Shown piece by piece: positions 15,130 through 31,395 of a stretch of DNA of 64,000 nucleotides. Position numbers and translations under genes: made by a program. Under the pieces are notes generated by a model. That model saw only the letters and a list, made by a program, of their open reading frames with translations. It was not told the DNA's origin and made no database searches. How positions within the stretch are numbered: position 1 is the first letter of the stretch; each line of letters opens with the position of its first letter. This DNA comes from the human T2T-CHM13v2.0 reference genome, Homo sapiens. Location: NCBI RefSeq assembly GCF_009914755.1, contig NC_060928.1. The stretch is one strand, 5' to 3'.

Positions 15130-15800
15130 CAGCAATTTAAAGCACTTACATATGTGATGAAAATAAAATTTGTATTTTATTATATGAGCTTTTGATACTA
15201 CACATTTTCTCAAATACTAATTTAATTGCCACTCACAAAGTTTGATAGATAAAATGTTTTAAATAAGAAATAAATATTTTGTTATTTTTATTGATTTTTT
15301 GATCCATAAATTATTTAGAACATGTTTTAGAATGTTTAAATACATTGAGGGAGTTAATTATGTTTTGTCATTAATATCTAACTCTACAACATTGTGGTCA
15401 GAAAATGTTGTCTTTGTGATCTTGATGTTTTGGCATTTGCTGACCCTTGTTTCATTGCTCAATATGACTTCAATATTTGTAAATACCATACATGTGTAAA
15501 AGTGTGTATTCACTCATTATTGAGTATAGGAGCTTAATATATGTCCATTAGATCAAATTTTAAATGTGCTGTTAAAATAATTTATATTTCTACTTTTTTC
15601 TCTTTGCTCTTTTAATTACTATGGGAAGTTTCTTAAACATTTTCCACTATGATAGTGGGTTTCTCAATAACTCCTTGTAATTCTGTCAATTTTATCACAT
15701 ACTCAGAGGCTCTTTTCTTCAGTACACGTAAGTGTAGAGAACTCGTGTCTTCCTAATGAAGAAATCATCTTATCTTCTTTAACTGTAATACTGTTTTAGC
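15130..15800 (-). mobile_element. Old L1M fragment (ORF2 endonuclease-region-like)
   Basis: Diverged antisense L1 text (CATTGTGGTCAGAAAATG, TTGTAAATACCATACATGTG, ATATATGTCCATTAGATCAA). Confidence 0.6.
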
Positions 15801-16757
15801 TTTAGTGTATATTATTCCAATTATTTAGATCAAAAACCATGCCCCAAACCTGAAATTTTTTTCACACCTCATATCCTCATATATTCACACCTCATTCATT
15901 AGCAAATGCTGCCAACTCTACCTTCAAAACATATCCAGAACTTCTTATCCCTTTCACTGCTACCAAGAAGTCCAAGTCTCAGATTTTTTCTTTATGTTAT
16001 GTAAATGGTAAATGTTTTACGATTTAAGCATATTATTTTATATTCTCTGTCTTTTAAGTCTAAGGAATCTGACATTCTGCAGGGTCTGATTCTGCTCTTG
16101 TGTCATGTGCTGTTTGTAGTGAATTATATTCTTGTGTTCATTATAAATTTAGATTATGACCTCATGTTCTGTGAGACTTTATCTCTGGAAGTACCATCTG
16201 CATTGAGGGTATATCCCTTTAGGGAAGTTTTGTTTTTGTTTTAGCCAGGTGCTCTAAATGTATAAGTAACTTGAGACCACTTTTTATGTTAATTTCAAGA
16301 TTGCACAGGAAATTAAAACACCTAGCTTATTTGTAGATGAGTCATAGATAAGTACTGTCAAGAGAGATTTTGTTTTTCTTTCCAGAATCTAGGCTATGAT
16401 GATCAAGTTTTCTTGCTATCTACCTTTGCTGGTGGGAAACTTTTTTCCCTTTATCACCCTTACCCCACTTAATGCTATGATCTCAGCCTGAATCCACAGT
16501 TGGGTAGGTAGGTCTTCTCTACTTCCCCTGCATGGCTCTTTAAACCTTAACTCCCAGTTGTCTCCAACTGTCCATTCCTGAAATATCATTGCCTACACTC
16601 CCACTTACCTCTCTGGCTTCAGTTCTCTCTTGGTTTATGTAGCTTACATTTAAATAAGGTATTTTATATTCAATTGAACATGTCTAAAGATGGTAACAAG
16701 AGGGTTTCTCAGGGTAATTCCTAGAGCATATGACTGTAAATAGAAATGCATTTATAT

Positions 16758-17063
16758 GGTCTGATGCGGTGGCTCACACCTGTAATCCCGGCACTTTGGG
16801 ATGCAGAGGCAGCTGGATCACCTGAGGTCAGGAGTTTGAGACCAGCCTGGCCAACATGGAGAAACCTCGTCTCTACTAAGAATACAAAAATTAGCCAGGT
16901 GTGGTGGAGTGTGCCTGTAATCTCAGCTACCCAGGAGGCTGAGGCAGGAGAATTGCTGGAACCCGGGGGGCGGCGGCTGCAGTGAGCTGAGATCGTGCCA
17001 CTACACTCCAGGATGGGTGACAGAGCAAGACTCTATCTCAAAACAACAACAACAAAAAAAGAT
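16758..17063 (+). mobile_element. Alu SINE (AluSx-like)
   Basis: Dimeric Alu, (AAC)n tail; 14-bp TSD AAATGCATTTATAT. Confidence 0.95.
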
Positions 17064-17462
17064 AAATGCATTTATATTTTTCAACTTTTTTAACTAATAT
17101 ATATATATTATATATATATATAATGTAAAATTCAGGATACAAAAGAAAAAAGGTGTTAATTTCTTCTAATTAGCTCAGCTGCTTAACAAAGCTATCAGGT
17201 ATTCAGGTATTGTGAAATGCTTGCTGCACCTCCGAGCATTTCTTATACTGTAGACAGCAAGAAGGGAGAAAGGCAAAGAGCCATCCCACTGCATCTGTCT
17301 TTTTTATTTTTTTCTTTTGAAGACAGAAAAATCTTTCTCAGGACCCTTACCAGCAAAGGTCACTTAATTTTCATCAGCCAGAATTATGCCACGTGACCAC
17401 TTCTAGCATCAAGGGAAGCTGGGGAATGAGTATTGGCATTCTACTTATTCCGCTTTCAATAG

Positions 17463-17628
17463 CAGAGGTTCTCAAACTCTAGTATGTTTCATAATCACCT
17501 GGAGAACTTATTAAAACATTGCTGGACCCCACTTGCAGAGTTCTAATACAGTAGGTTTTAACGATTTTAACAAGTTTTCAGATAAAGCTGATGCTGTGGA
17601 TCCTAGGGCCACACTTTGATATTCTCTG
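17463..17628 (+). mobile_element. MER5A-like hAT MITE
   Basis: CAGAGGTTCTCAAACT..AATCACCTGGAGAACTTATTAAAAC..GCTGATGCTG..GGGCCACACTTTGA. Confidence 0.7.
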
Positions 17629-17836
17629 CTCTACAGTAAAGAAAGAAAATGTGAGGGGATTTGGAAATAGTTTTATGTTTGTTTGTTTGCTTTAGTGCAG
17701 GTGTTTTAAAATTATTTGTATAAATGCTTGGGGAACAAGGGCAATTTAGTTATGTGCAAAGATTCCATAGTGGTGAAGTTAGGGCTTTGGAGCATCCATC
17801 ATCCAAATAATGTACATTTTATTCCTAAGGTAATTT

Positions 17837-19445
17837 TGAGAGGTGACAGCATGCTGGCAGCCCTTGCAGCCCTCGCTCACGCTTGGCGCCTCCTCAGCCT
17901 CTGCACCCACTCTGGACACGCTTGAGGAACCCTTCAGCCTGCCGCTGCACTGTGGGAGCCCCTTTCTGGGCTGGCCAAGGCGGAAGCCGGCTCCCTCAGG
18001 TTGTGGGGAGGTGTGGAGGGAGAGGTGTGTGGGCGGGAACCAGGGCTACACGTGGCACTTGCAGGCCAGCGTGAGTTCGGGGTGGGAGTGGGCTTGGTGG
18101 CCCCCGCACTCTGAGCGGCGGCCAGCACAGCCCGCCCGGCAGTGAGGGGCTTAGCACCCGGGCCAGCAGCTGCGGAGAGTGCACTGGGTCCCCCAGCAGT
18201 GCTGGCCCACCAGTGCTGCGCTCGAATTCTCGCCAGGCCTCAGCTGCCTCTGTGGGGGGCAGGACTCAGGACCTGCAGCCCGCCATGCCTAAGCCTCCCC
18301 TCCCCCCTCCCCCTCACCCCTACCAATCCCCCTCCCCCCCACCCCCACCAATCCCCCTCCCCACCACCACTCCCCCTCCCCCCACCCTGGCCCGCACGAC
18401 CCGAGCCTCCCCGAGGAGCGCTACCCCCTGCTCCATGGTGCCCGTCCCATTGACCACCCAAGGGCTGAGGAGTGAGGGCGCATGGCGCGGAACTGGCAGG
18501 CAGCTCCACCTGCATCCCTGGTGAGGGATCCACGGGATGAAGCCAGCTGGGCTCCTGAGTCTAGTGGGGACTTAGAGAACCTTTGTGTCTAGCTAAGGGA
18601 TTGTAAATACACCAATCAGCACTCTGTGTCTAGCTCAAGGTTTGTAACCACACCAATCAGCACCCTGTGTCTAGCTCAAGGTTTGTAAATGCACCAATCA
18701 GCACTCTGTATCTAGCTAATCTGGTGAGGACTTGGAGAATCTTTATGTCTACCTAAGGGATTGTAAATACACCGATCAGCACCCTGTGTCTAGCTCAAGG
18801 TTTGTAAACGCACCAATCGGTGCTCTGTGTCTAGCTAATCTAGTGGGGACTTGGAGAACTTTTGTGTCTAGCTCAGGGATTGTAAATACACCAATCAGCA
18901 CCCTGTCAAAACGGACCAATGAGCTCTCTGTAAAACAGACCAATTGGTTCTCTGTAAAATGGGCCAATCAGCAGGATGTGGGTGGGACCAGATAAGGGAA
19001 TAAAAGCAGGCTGCCTGAGCCAGCACTGGTACCGAGGTTGGGTACCCTTCCATACTGTGGTAGCTTTACTTTTTTGCTTTTTGCAATAAATCTTGCTGTT
19101 GCTCACTTTTTGGGTTCACACTGCCTTTATGAACTGTAACACTCACCGTGAAGGTCTGCAGCTTCACTTCTGAAGCCAGCGAGACCACAAACCCACTGGA
19201 AAAAAAGAACAACTCCAGACGCGCCACCCTAAGAGCTGTAACACTCACCGCGAAGGTCTGCAGCTTCAGTCTTGAAGCCAGCGAGACCACGAACCCACCA
19301 GAAGGAAGAAACTCCGAACACATCCTAACATCAGAAGGAACAAACTCCAGACATGCTGCCTTTAAGAACTGTAACACTCACTGTGAAGGTCCATGGCTTC
19401 ATTCTTGAAGTCAGTGAGACCAAGAACCCACCAATTCTGGACACA
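17837..19445 (+). mobile_element. LTR12C-like (ERV9) solo LTR, full length (~1.6 kb)
   Basis: Starts TGAGAGGTGACAGC, ends CCAATTCTGGACACA; GC-rich U3, tandem CACCAATCAGCAC..CTAGCT repeats, AATAAA at ~19085, U5 CTGTAACACTCAC repeats; 4-bp TSD ATTT. Confidence 0.95.
18580..19010 (+). promoter_or_regulatory. LTR12 U3 enhancer/promoter (NF-Y CCAAT repeats, GATA site, AATAAAA TATA-like box)
   Basis: Intact CCAAT at 18612, 18653, 18694, 18813, 18891, 18916, 18940 and 18964, followed by CCAGATAAGGGAATAAAAGCAGG; activity inferred from known LTR12 biology. Confidence 0.6.
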
Positions 19446-20177
19446 ATTTCTCATCATCCACCCCCTTCCAATTGCCTCACCCCTTCAGGTCTCCACTGTC
19501 TATCACTCCACACTCTATGTCCATGTGTACATGTTATTTAGCTGCCACTTAGGAGTGAGACCATGTAATATTTGTTTTTCTGTGTCTGATTTGTTGGAAA
19601 TCGTTTTTGACTCAACCTGCAGTGTCTGCCCCTAAAACTTACCCTTTGTTTGTGAAATAAAAAAAGTACATTTACATGAAGACTTGAGGAATCATAGGGT
19701 GAAAAGTCAGAGGGGAGTGTTCTATAATGTACAAAAGCCTCATGGCAAGTGAGAGCTTAACATCATTAAAGGATGCCTAAGCACAGAGTATAAGGAAGAA
19801 AGAGGTGAGAGATGAACTCAGGATTGACAAGAAGGAACCTCAGGAGTTACATAAACTCCCACAGGACATGAAACTAGTAAGGGACAGAGTGAGTGTTTGA
19901 ATACAGGTGGCCTGGCCCTGTACTTCACTGCCTCTCTGCTTAAGAACTGGAGTGAGAAACATTAGAAATATTTTTAAAGAAAATTTTAATACAGGAAAAT
20001 ATTCATCAACTTATTATTATACAATTTCTAAAGAGTAAAACAAGGCCATTTGGAGGGATAATATATATCAGTCACATGGGTGATATCCCTATTCAAAACT
20101 ATGCTTCTACAAATCAATAAGAAAAATATAAACACCCAAAGAGACTGCGGCTATGTAAAGTGATTAATAATGGAGAT

Positions 20178-21347
20178 AAAATTAACTCAAGATGTATTAA
20201 AGACTTAAACATAAGACCCAAAACTGTAAAAACTCTAGAAGAAAACCTAGGCAATACCATTCAGTACATAGGCATGGCCAAAGACTTCATGACTAAAACA
20301 CCAAAAGCAATGGCAACAAAAGCCAAAATTGACAAATGGGATCTAATTAAACTAAAGAGCTTCTGCACAGCAAAAGAAACTATCATCAGAGTGAACAGGC
20401 AACCTACAGAATGGGAGAAAATTTTTGCAGTCTATCCATCTGACAAAGGGCTAATATCCAGAATCTATAAAGAACTTAAACAAATTTACAAGAAAAAAAC
20501 AACGACCCCATCAAAAAGTCAGCAAAGGATATGAACAGACACTTCTCAAAAGAAGACATTTATGCAGCCAACAAACATAGGAAAAAAAGCTCATCATCAC
20601 TGGTCATGAGAGAAATGCTAATCAAAACCACGATGAGATACCATCTCACACCAGTTAGAATGGCAATCATTAAAAAGTCAGGAAACAATAGATGCTGGAG
20701 AGGATGTGGAGAAATAGGAATGCTTTTACACTGTTGGTGGGAGTGTAAATTAGTTCAACCATTGTAGAAGAAAGTGTGGCAATTTCTCAAGGATCTAGAA
20801 GCAGAAATACCATTTGACCCAACAATCCCATTACTGAGTATATACCCAAAGAATTATAAATCATCCTACTATAAAGACACATGCACACGTATGTTTATTG
20901 CAGCACTATTCACAATAGCAAAGACTTGGAACCAACCCAAATGCCCATCAATAATAGATTGGATAAAGAAAATGTGAGACATACACACCATGGAATACTA
21001 CACAGCAATAAAAAAGGATGAGGTCAGGTCCTTTGCAGGGACATGGATGAATCTGGAAACCATCATTCTCAGCAAACTAACACAGGAACAGAAAACCAAA
21101 CACTGCATGTTCTCACTCATAAGTGGGAGTTGAACAATGAGAACACATGGACACAGGGAGGGGAACATCACACACCAGGGCCTATCAGGGGCTGGGGGCC
21201 TAGGGGAGGGATAGCATTAGGAGAAATACCTAATGTAGATGACGGGTTGATGGGTGCAGCAAACCACCATGGCACGCGTATACCTATGTAGCAAACCTAT
21301 ACATTCTGCACATTATCCCAGAACTTAAAGTATAATTTAAAAAAAAG
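20178..21347 (+). mobile_element. 5'-truncated L1PA (L1PA7-like) 3' fragment inside an older L1M relic
   Basis: ORF2 C-terminal peptides ([34 protein letters not shown]) with frameshifts and stops, 3'UTR and A tail. Confidence 0.9.
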
Positions 21348-23284
21348 TGGCCAGAAAATATGTCTAATCAAAGAGATGCACATTTAAGCAGTAATGAGAT
21401 ATCATATTTTGCCCATCAGATACCCAAAGTTCAAAAGATTAATAATACACATGTAGGCTGGTAAGTGAGGAAATAGGGGTTCTCAAACATTGTTAGTAAA
21501 AACATAAATGGATACAGCATTTCTGAAAGCAAATATGGAAGTGTGCATCATAATAAAGTTCACTATACATTTTACTCTAGCCCTTTGAATTCTAAAAATT
21601 TATATTGGGAAAATAATCAGACATGTGCATAGATCATGTAAAAAATTGTTTTGATGTTCTTACCACATAAAAGATGAAGCAAAAATATCTTTATTAAACT
21701 CTGCTTCTAATATTGAAAATTGCAACAGTGAGAAAATAGACATTCAAGATTATAGATTGCTTTATTCTGCCACCTCTGTCAGTGCCTCTGGAGAATATAA
21801 AACGTTATATCACAACATAAGCAACATAACACACATTCACCCTTCTGAACTCAGTGCTGCAGTTAGAAAAAATGGTGAAGATTGAGCCTTTGCAGCTATG
21901 GATTAGCTCAGGTTCTGGGCTGTATTTTCTGGCCTAGGTGGTGATATGCTCACAACTCAAGAAGTTCTTTAAAGACAGCCTACCATGTTAGGCTAGATAT
22001 TGCTGGGGAAGTATTACAAAGACTTTAGCCCTAGATAAAACTGGGGAAGTATTTCAAATATTCATATAGGGATATTGAGACCATTTATGAAAAGATGATC
22101 CTTCATTCTTTCTAAGTCGAAGTTGTTCAGCACAGTGTTGTTTATAATAGGAAAAATGAGACTGCTTGAAGGTCAAAAGTAGGAGATTGGCGGGCAGTTT
22201 GACTGTAAGTGATGGAATAGAATGCGATATGGAGAAGGTCAGACACGTAGAAACTACTCAAATGGTTTGTGGCTTGCTGTGGTTTGGCTTCATGGTCCAG
22301 CTGCACACACAGAAACTGAGTACAGTACTTCCCAAGGGGGTATTGCACAGCCTGAGAGCTTATAGTCTGCCACCAGATGGGATGTACAGAGTCAATGGAA
22401 TATTGTAGCATCCATTGAATATGATGTTTATGAAGATTTCTTTAAAAGTTTGCCACTGCATAGCTTGTAAAATTAAGGATGCAAAATCTGGATTTGAATG
22501 ATCATGTATTAAATATTATATTAAATACACATTTTTTAATTCTTAGAAAAATGACTACCGAAGAGAAATACCAAAACTTATAGGTTGGTGTTGACATTTT
22601 GAATGAATCAATGTTTAAAATAATTTTCTATATTTTTTAACATTTGCACAATAAGTAGATAATATTGACAATGTTTACAAAAAGAAATCTCTAATAATGT
22701 GGACAAATAATTTCTGCAAAACAAGTTGTGATTCTTAGAAAGACAAAGTATTAAAGTTTCTGTCACCATATTTTCTATCATTTTGTTATAAGCGTAACTA
22801 TTATGATGCTATTTTAAATTTATGCTAGTTAATAAGAGATTAGTTAGCATAAGAATGCCACAAAACTGCTGTAAATAATGAGAGAAGGGAACCAAAATTA
22901 TCATTTGCAGCTGACAGGGTTTTATACTTGGCAAACTAATGAGAATAAAGATTTAAGGAAAAAAAGTATTCAGAAAGGTGACAATTAACAATAATAAATA
23001 AACAACAATTATTCAGAAAATACAGCAGGAGAAATATAACAATAGCAAGAAAATTACTAAAAAATTATGAAAATGATTATAGTAATTGAAGCTAGCTGAT
23101 GATTATATGAGGCTATCATCCTATACTCTAGTTTTGCATATTTGAAACATTCCATAAAAAATATTTTGTTAAATAAATATGAGAATTAAAAATTGTGCAA
23201 TAACTATATTTTAAAAGCTTTAAAATATATTCAAGTATATAGAATACTTCAATATTTAAAAATGCAAAACTCTATTGTAGTTAG

Positions 23285-23575
<291 letters not shown>

Positions 23576-23718
23576 TAAAAACTCAATTTTATCCCAAACA
23601 AAATGCCAGCTAGATTTTCACTGAAGCCTGATAGAAAGCAAACCATAGTTGAAAAGTAAATAAATATGCAAGAATACCCAGAAAATTAGGAATAAAAGCA
23701 TAGTGATAACGTTAAAAA

Positions 23719-23857
23719 TGGAGTGACCATGTAACTTATTATCCAAACCAGGACACTTTATGGGAAAAGCAAATTAAAAGTAATTAACAATATTAGTTGA
23801 TTCACAACAGGCATAAGCCAGGACTGTTTCAGTGAACTGAACAGTATGGTCACCCTA
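23719..23857 (+). mobile_element. MER94-like hAT-Blackjack MITE
   Basis: TIRs TGGAGTGACCAT..ATGGTCACCCTA, internal TCCAAACCAGGACACTTT; ~139 bp. Confidence 0.7.
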
Positions 23858-24039
23858 ATTATAGACCTACTAGATATTGAGATGAAGATTAACATTAACA
23901 ATAAGACAAACAAAGGCAAAGAACTGAGAGATCCAAATGGAAAGAACTGAAAAATCCAAATGCATCTGAGAATTTAGTATATAATAACAGTAACACTACA
24001 GCACAACGCAATTAATATTAGGTTTTTCAATAATGTGTT

Positions 24040-24740
24040 GAGACACATGTCCACTGTTCCTGTTTCTTTCTTGATCCCTTACAGTATCTTCTCCACACAG
24101 ATACCAGAGAGATCCTTTATAAATGAAAGTGAGTTCTGCCCATCTTCTGCACATTATCCTCCAATGGCTTCCCATTTTAACCCAATCAATGAATTAACAA
24201 CAAATTCACAATTTCCCACCAAGTTATATGTAACCTAGACACCTTCCCCTGCTAACTGATGGACCCACAACAGCTACGCCACCTCTCCTCTGTTTCCCTG
24301 TCAGCCATAGTACCCTCTCTGCAATTATTTCAGTGGGATTAGCAACAACATCTCATAACCTTTGTTCAGGCTGTTTCATCCAACTGGATGCTCTTCCTCC
24401 AGATAGCCACATTCCTTCTGTTTATTCAAGTCTTCACTTAAATATCACCTATCAAAGAACTTTTCTCGGATCTTATATAAAACAGAAGCCTCCCCTCATA
24501 ATATCTTTTCATTGTACTGAATTTCCCATACCCTACTTTATTTTTCTTCATACTTGCTTATCACTACGCGATGTAGCAAATGTGTTTATATTAATTTTTT
24601 TCTCTCCTCCTTACTCATTATAATATAAAATTCATCAGTGTGTAGTCAACATGCTGCTGTGTCCTCAACACTCAAAACAGGGCCTGGAACATTGCCAGTA
24701 TACAATAAATATTTACTTAATGATTGAATGAATGAATAGT
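24040..24740 (+). mobile_element. L2a 3' portion
   Basis: CTCCACACAG..CCAGAG..CCTCCAATGGCTTCCCA, ending AATAAATATTT..TGAATGAATGAAT. Confidence 0.7.
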
Positions 24741-26380
24741 TGAATAAATATTAAAATACATATAAAAATACATTTTTCATAAAAAATATATGAAAAATAT
24801 AAATATAAATAAATATTTAAAATATATAATATATAAATTTTTTTAAAATTTCTAATATAATGGAAAAATATCCAAGAGCCATAAATAGGCAAAGAAAAAT
24901 AAATGCAAATAACTGATAACATTTGTAAATAGATCAAACCTAGCTCATAGTCAAAGAATTATAAAAATAAAGTGCTGTCACCCTCCAAATGGACAATGTG
25001 GACAACTGTTAAAATAGTTAGTGAAACTCAGTTTTGACAATGGCTAGAAAAGTACGTACCCACTATCATACAGAGTTGGTGGAGGTGATAATTTGTACAA
25101 TCTCTTTGAAGGGAAATTCAGCAAAATTTACCAAAGTAAAATGTCCCTACCATTCTACTTCTAGCAGTGATGGAGTAACTGGTACTGGACTGGCTTTCAC
25201 AGTGAAACTAATAGAAACTGTACAAAATATATTAAACAGGCATTTTTAGATACTGGGCAGGAGATAATATGGGAGAGTGATCCTTGGTAAAAGGAAACCA
25301 AAAAAGTGATCAGTTTAACCACCTGGATTTTGGTCTGTAGGTATTTTTCTGGGTCTTGGTAGAGGAAGAACATAGTGATATTTTGAGTGAAAGAGAGATG
25401 TCCATTTGGGGGAAGCTGAGATGGCTGGAATTTGTGAGGCAGAGCACTGAAAAGAAGGGTGCTAGCCAGAAAAACAGCTTCAGATGTCTGAGTATGGGTC
25501 TCCTTGAGTCTTTGGATGAATGTAAACCTGTGTATGATGGAGTGAAACTCTAGAGAAGCCAGGCAAAAAGGCCTCCAGGTACGCAGGGCTGAGAGATGTT
25601 CAAATGTGGATAAGCCACATTGTGGAGAGCATGTTGAATACTCAAGACATTCAGCAGGAACCCTGGAAGTGACATATCTTAGTAGAAAGGCTGAACTAGC
25701 TCTAGAAGAGAAAAACGAGACTTGAAAGAAACAAGTTGATCTGTAAGTAATTTGTCTGCTTGCCTGAACAAAGTATACATTCTTTAAAGGAAGACACAAA
25801 AATCCAAATTCTCAATAATATAACTTACAATCACCAGTATTCAATTAAAAAATTACTGAATGACAAAAAACAGAAAAAAAGTAACCTAAACCAGAAGAAA
25901 AATCAGTAATAGAATCAGACTGAAAAATAATACAGATGATGGAATTAGCAAAAATGATCTTTAAATAACTATTATAATATGTTCAAAGATTTAAAGGAAA
26001 ACATGAATATAATGAGGACATAAACTGTTGTTAAAAATCAAATGACACTTCCATAACCAAAAAAAAACTTGAAATAAAAAATTTGTTAGATAGACTAAAC
26101 ATCAGATTTGACACTGGAAGAAAAAAGATATTAATAAACTTCAATAGAAACCATTAAAATTAATTGATGGGGAGGTAGAGGGGAGACTGTAAAAAAATGA
26201 AAAGAACTTTAGGAACATCTGAGGCAATATCAAATGGTCTTAAAATGTTCAATTAGACATCCCAGGATGCTTGGCCAGGAAATATATTTGAAGACATTAT
26301 GGCCAAAAACTTACCAAATTTGATGAAAAGTATTAACCATAGATCCAAGGAATACAAGGAATCCAAAGCAAGATAAAAGT

Positions 26381-26660
26381 GCATGCATGCATATGCACAC
26401 ACTTAAACACATCTATATATACATATATACACAGACACATGCACATATATGCACATACACATATGTACATACAAATACACACATACAGACACCTGCAAAC
26501 ATACACACAGGCACATACACATGCACACATGTATACATACACATGCATACATACATATACAGACATATATACACATACGCTCATATACACAATGCACACA
26601 TATATACCCATGCACAAATACACAGATACCACATACACACTTACACACACTCATACAAAC
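26381..26660. repeat. Degenerate (CA)/(TA)/(CATA) alternating purine-pyrimidine tract
   Basis: ~280 bp of CACATATACACATGCACA-type units; source of several low-complexity ORFs. Confidence 0.9.
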
Positions 26661-27049
26661 AACACTGAGGCACATGATCATAAAATTTCTGAAAACTAGA
26701 GAAGTTCAGTTCTGAAAACCAAATTTCATTCAGAAAGGTTTTTTTTGAAAATTGACAAATTGATATGAAGATCATATCATATACGTTGATATATGAAGAG
26801 TTAAAAATTCCAGGATAGCCAAAACAATTTTGAACAAAAAATAAAATTGGAAGACAGATTATCTGGCTTCAGGGATTATTTTAAAGGTACAATAAGACAG
26901 TATAGTGCTACTCTAAGAATACACACATAGATCAATGGAACTGAACACAGTGCAGAAATGAACCCACACATATTTGGTCAATTAATTTTCAACAAAGGTG
27001 CCAAGGTAGGTCAATTGGAAAAGTACAGTCTTTAAAAAAATAGTGTTAA

Positions 27050-27401
<352 letters not shown>

Positions 27402-27417
27402 TTATAACATACACTAA

Positions 27418-29900
<2,483 letters not shown>

Positions 29901-30500
29901 AGAAAGAAACTAAATTCAGAGACTGTTTAAAAATGTTAATAAATTGGTCTATATAAAATTGTATAAAATCAAAGATGTGCCTGCTATATTTAGCACAATA
30001 ATTCCATTTCTTGGTATTTACCCCAAATAAATGATATTATATGTCTCTAAAAAGACATGTGTGTATGTGTGTGTGTGTGTGTGCATGTATGCACAACAGC
30101 TTTGTTCATAATAGTAAAAAGGTAGAAACAACCCAAATGTATATTAGAGGTAAGTGCATAAACAAATCCCTATATATACTCAGTAATGAAAGGAACAAAT
30201 GACTAATACATTCAACATGAATGACTCTCAAAAAATGAATGCCTGCTATCAAAAAAGATGTCAGACACAAGAGGCTGTTTACTGTATAATTCTACTTTTA
30301 TAAATTTTTAAATCTGGTAAAACTAATCTAAAATGATAGAAATCAGATTAATGGTGGCCTAGAACCAGATTTGGGAATGAGATTGCCTGCAAAGGAGCAC
30401 AAGACAACTTTGTAGGATAATGAAAATGTTTCACATCTTGATTGTGGTTGTGGCTACGTGGATGTAAGCATTTGTTAAAACTCAATAAACTATACTATGT

Positions 30501-30626
30501 ATTTATTATAGAGATAGGATTTTGCCGTGTTGCTCAGGCTGGTTTCAAACTTCTGAGCTCAAGCCATCCACCTGCCTCAGCTGCCTAAAGTGCTGGGATT
30601 ACAGGCGTGAGCCACCACGCCTGGCC
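30501..30626 (-). mobile_element. FLAM / Alu left monomer
   Basis: AAAGTGCTGGGATTACAGGCGTGAGCCACCACGCCTGGCC end; single monomer with AACTTCTGAGCTCAAGC. Confidence 0.85.
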
Positions 30627-31196
30627 TGTACCTTTTAAATGAATGTATTTTATTTTATTTTATTTTATTTTATTTATCCCTCCTTAAAGTCTACTTAAAA
30701 GGGAAAACATAAAAATTTGACTTAATGATCTGACATATTCATAGAATAATATGAATAGTATAGCCCACTTTACATAAAGAGAAAAAAATTGGTATCTGTG
30801 TATAAATGCATGTCCTCTCCACAGGACATTTGTCAGAGAGTAAAAAGGGAATAAAAAATTTTCTCCAGGTAATTATTCATCAAATATAAATTCATGTATC
30901 ATTTATATAATTAAAAATAGCATTTTAACAGCCTACAAAGAATGTGAAAGATGGAAGAAAATACAAAAATAGAAATCTGATCACCAATGAGAACACAATT
31001 CCAGTTCTTCCTCTGAAACACAAAGAAATGTCTAAGCCCTTTGTTCCAACAATTCTATTTATAAAAATTTTGTATAAATAAGTTTGCAAAGTCATATTTA
31101 AGATATTAATTTTTTTGCAGCAAAAATTGGGCAAATTTAAATGAACATTGTTGGGAATGTGTTTAATAAAATACAGCTCACCTATATACAGAGCTT

Positions 31197-31395
31197 GAAA
31201 GAGAGGGATATGGAGAAAGAGATGGAAAGAGAGAGAGAGGAAGGGAAGAAGGGAAGGAGAGTGGAAGGGAAGGAAGGAAGGAAGGAAGCAAAGAAGGAAG
31301 GAAGGAAGAAAAGAATGGAGGGAGGGAGGAAGGGAGGGAGGGAGCAAGGAAGGAAGGAAGGGGAGAAGGGTGAGCAAGTAGTAAGAGGAAGAGTA
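31197..31395. repeat. Purine-rich (GA)/(GGAA)/(GGGA) simple repeat
   Basis: GAAGGAAGGAAGG..GGAGGGAGGAAGGGAGGGAGG. Confidence 0.9.

Larger units (their letters stand above)
17680..19595 (-). mobile_element. L1PB/L1MA 3' end fragment, split by LTR12C (pieces ~17680-17836 and ~19446-19595)
   Basis: Antisense L1 3'UTR (ATAGTGGTGAAGTTAGGGCTTT..GTAATTT) resumes after the LTR (CTCATCATCCACCCC..TTTAGCTGCCACTTAGGAGTGAGACCATG). Confidence 0.7.

Noticed and set aside
17843-19408. Many overlapping Pro/Gly-rich ORFs and apparent regularly spaced repeats
   Set aside because: They come from GC-rich LTR12 sequence; the ~41-bp and ~100-bp units are native U3/U5 repeats without unique spacers, so not a CRISPR array
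21993-22058. Degenerate direct repeat CTAGAT..CTGGGGAAGTATT.CAAA twice
   Set aside because: Only two imperfect copies; looks like an ordinary old tandem duplication
25197-25799. 200-aa ORF on the - strand
   Set aside because: Antisense to an old L1M 5' region, non-ATG start, no recognisable domain
26333-26715. His/Thr- and Cys/Val-rich ORFs on both strands
   Set aside because: Translations of the CA/TA low-complexity tract
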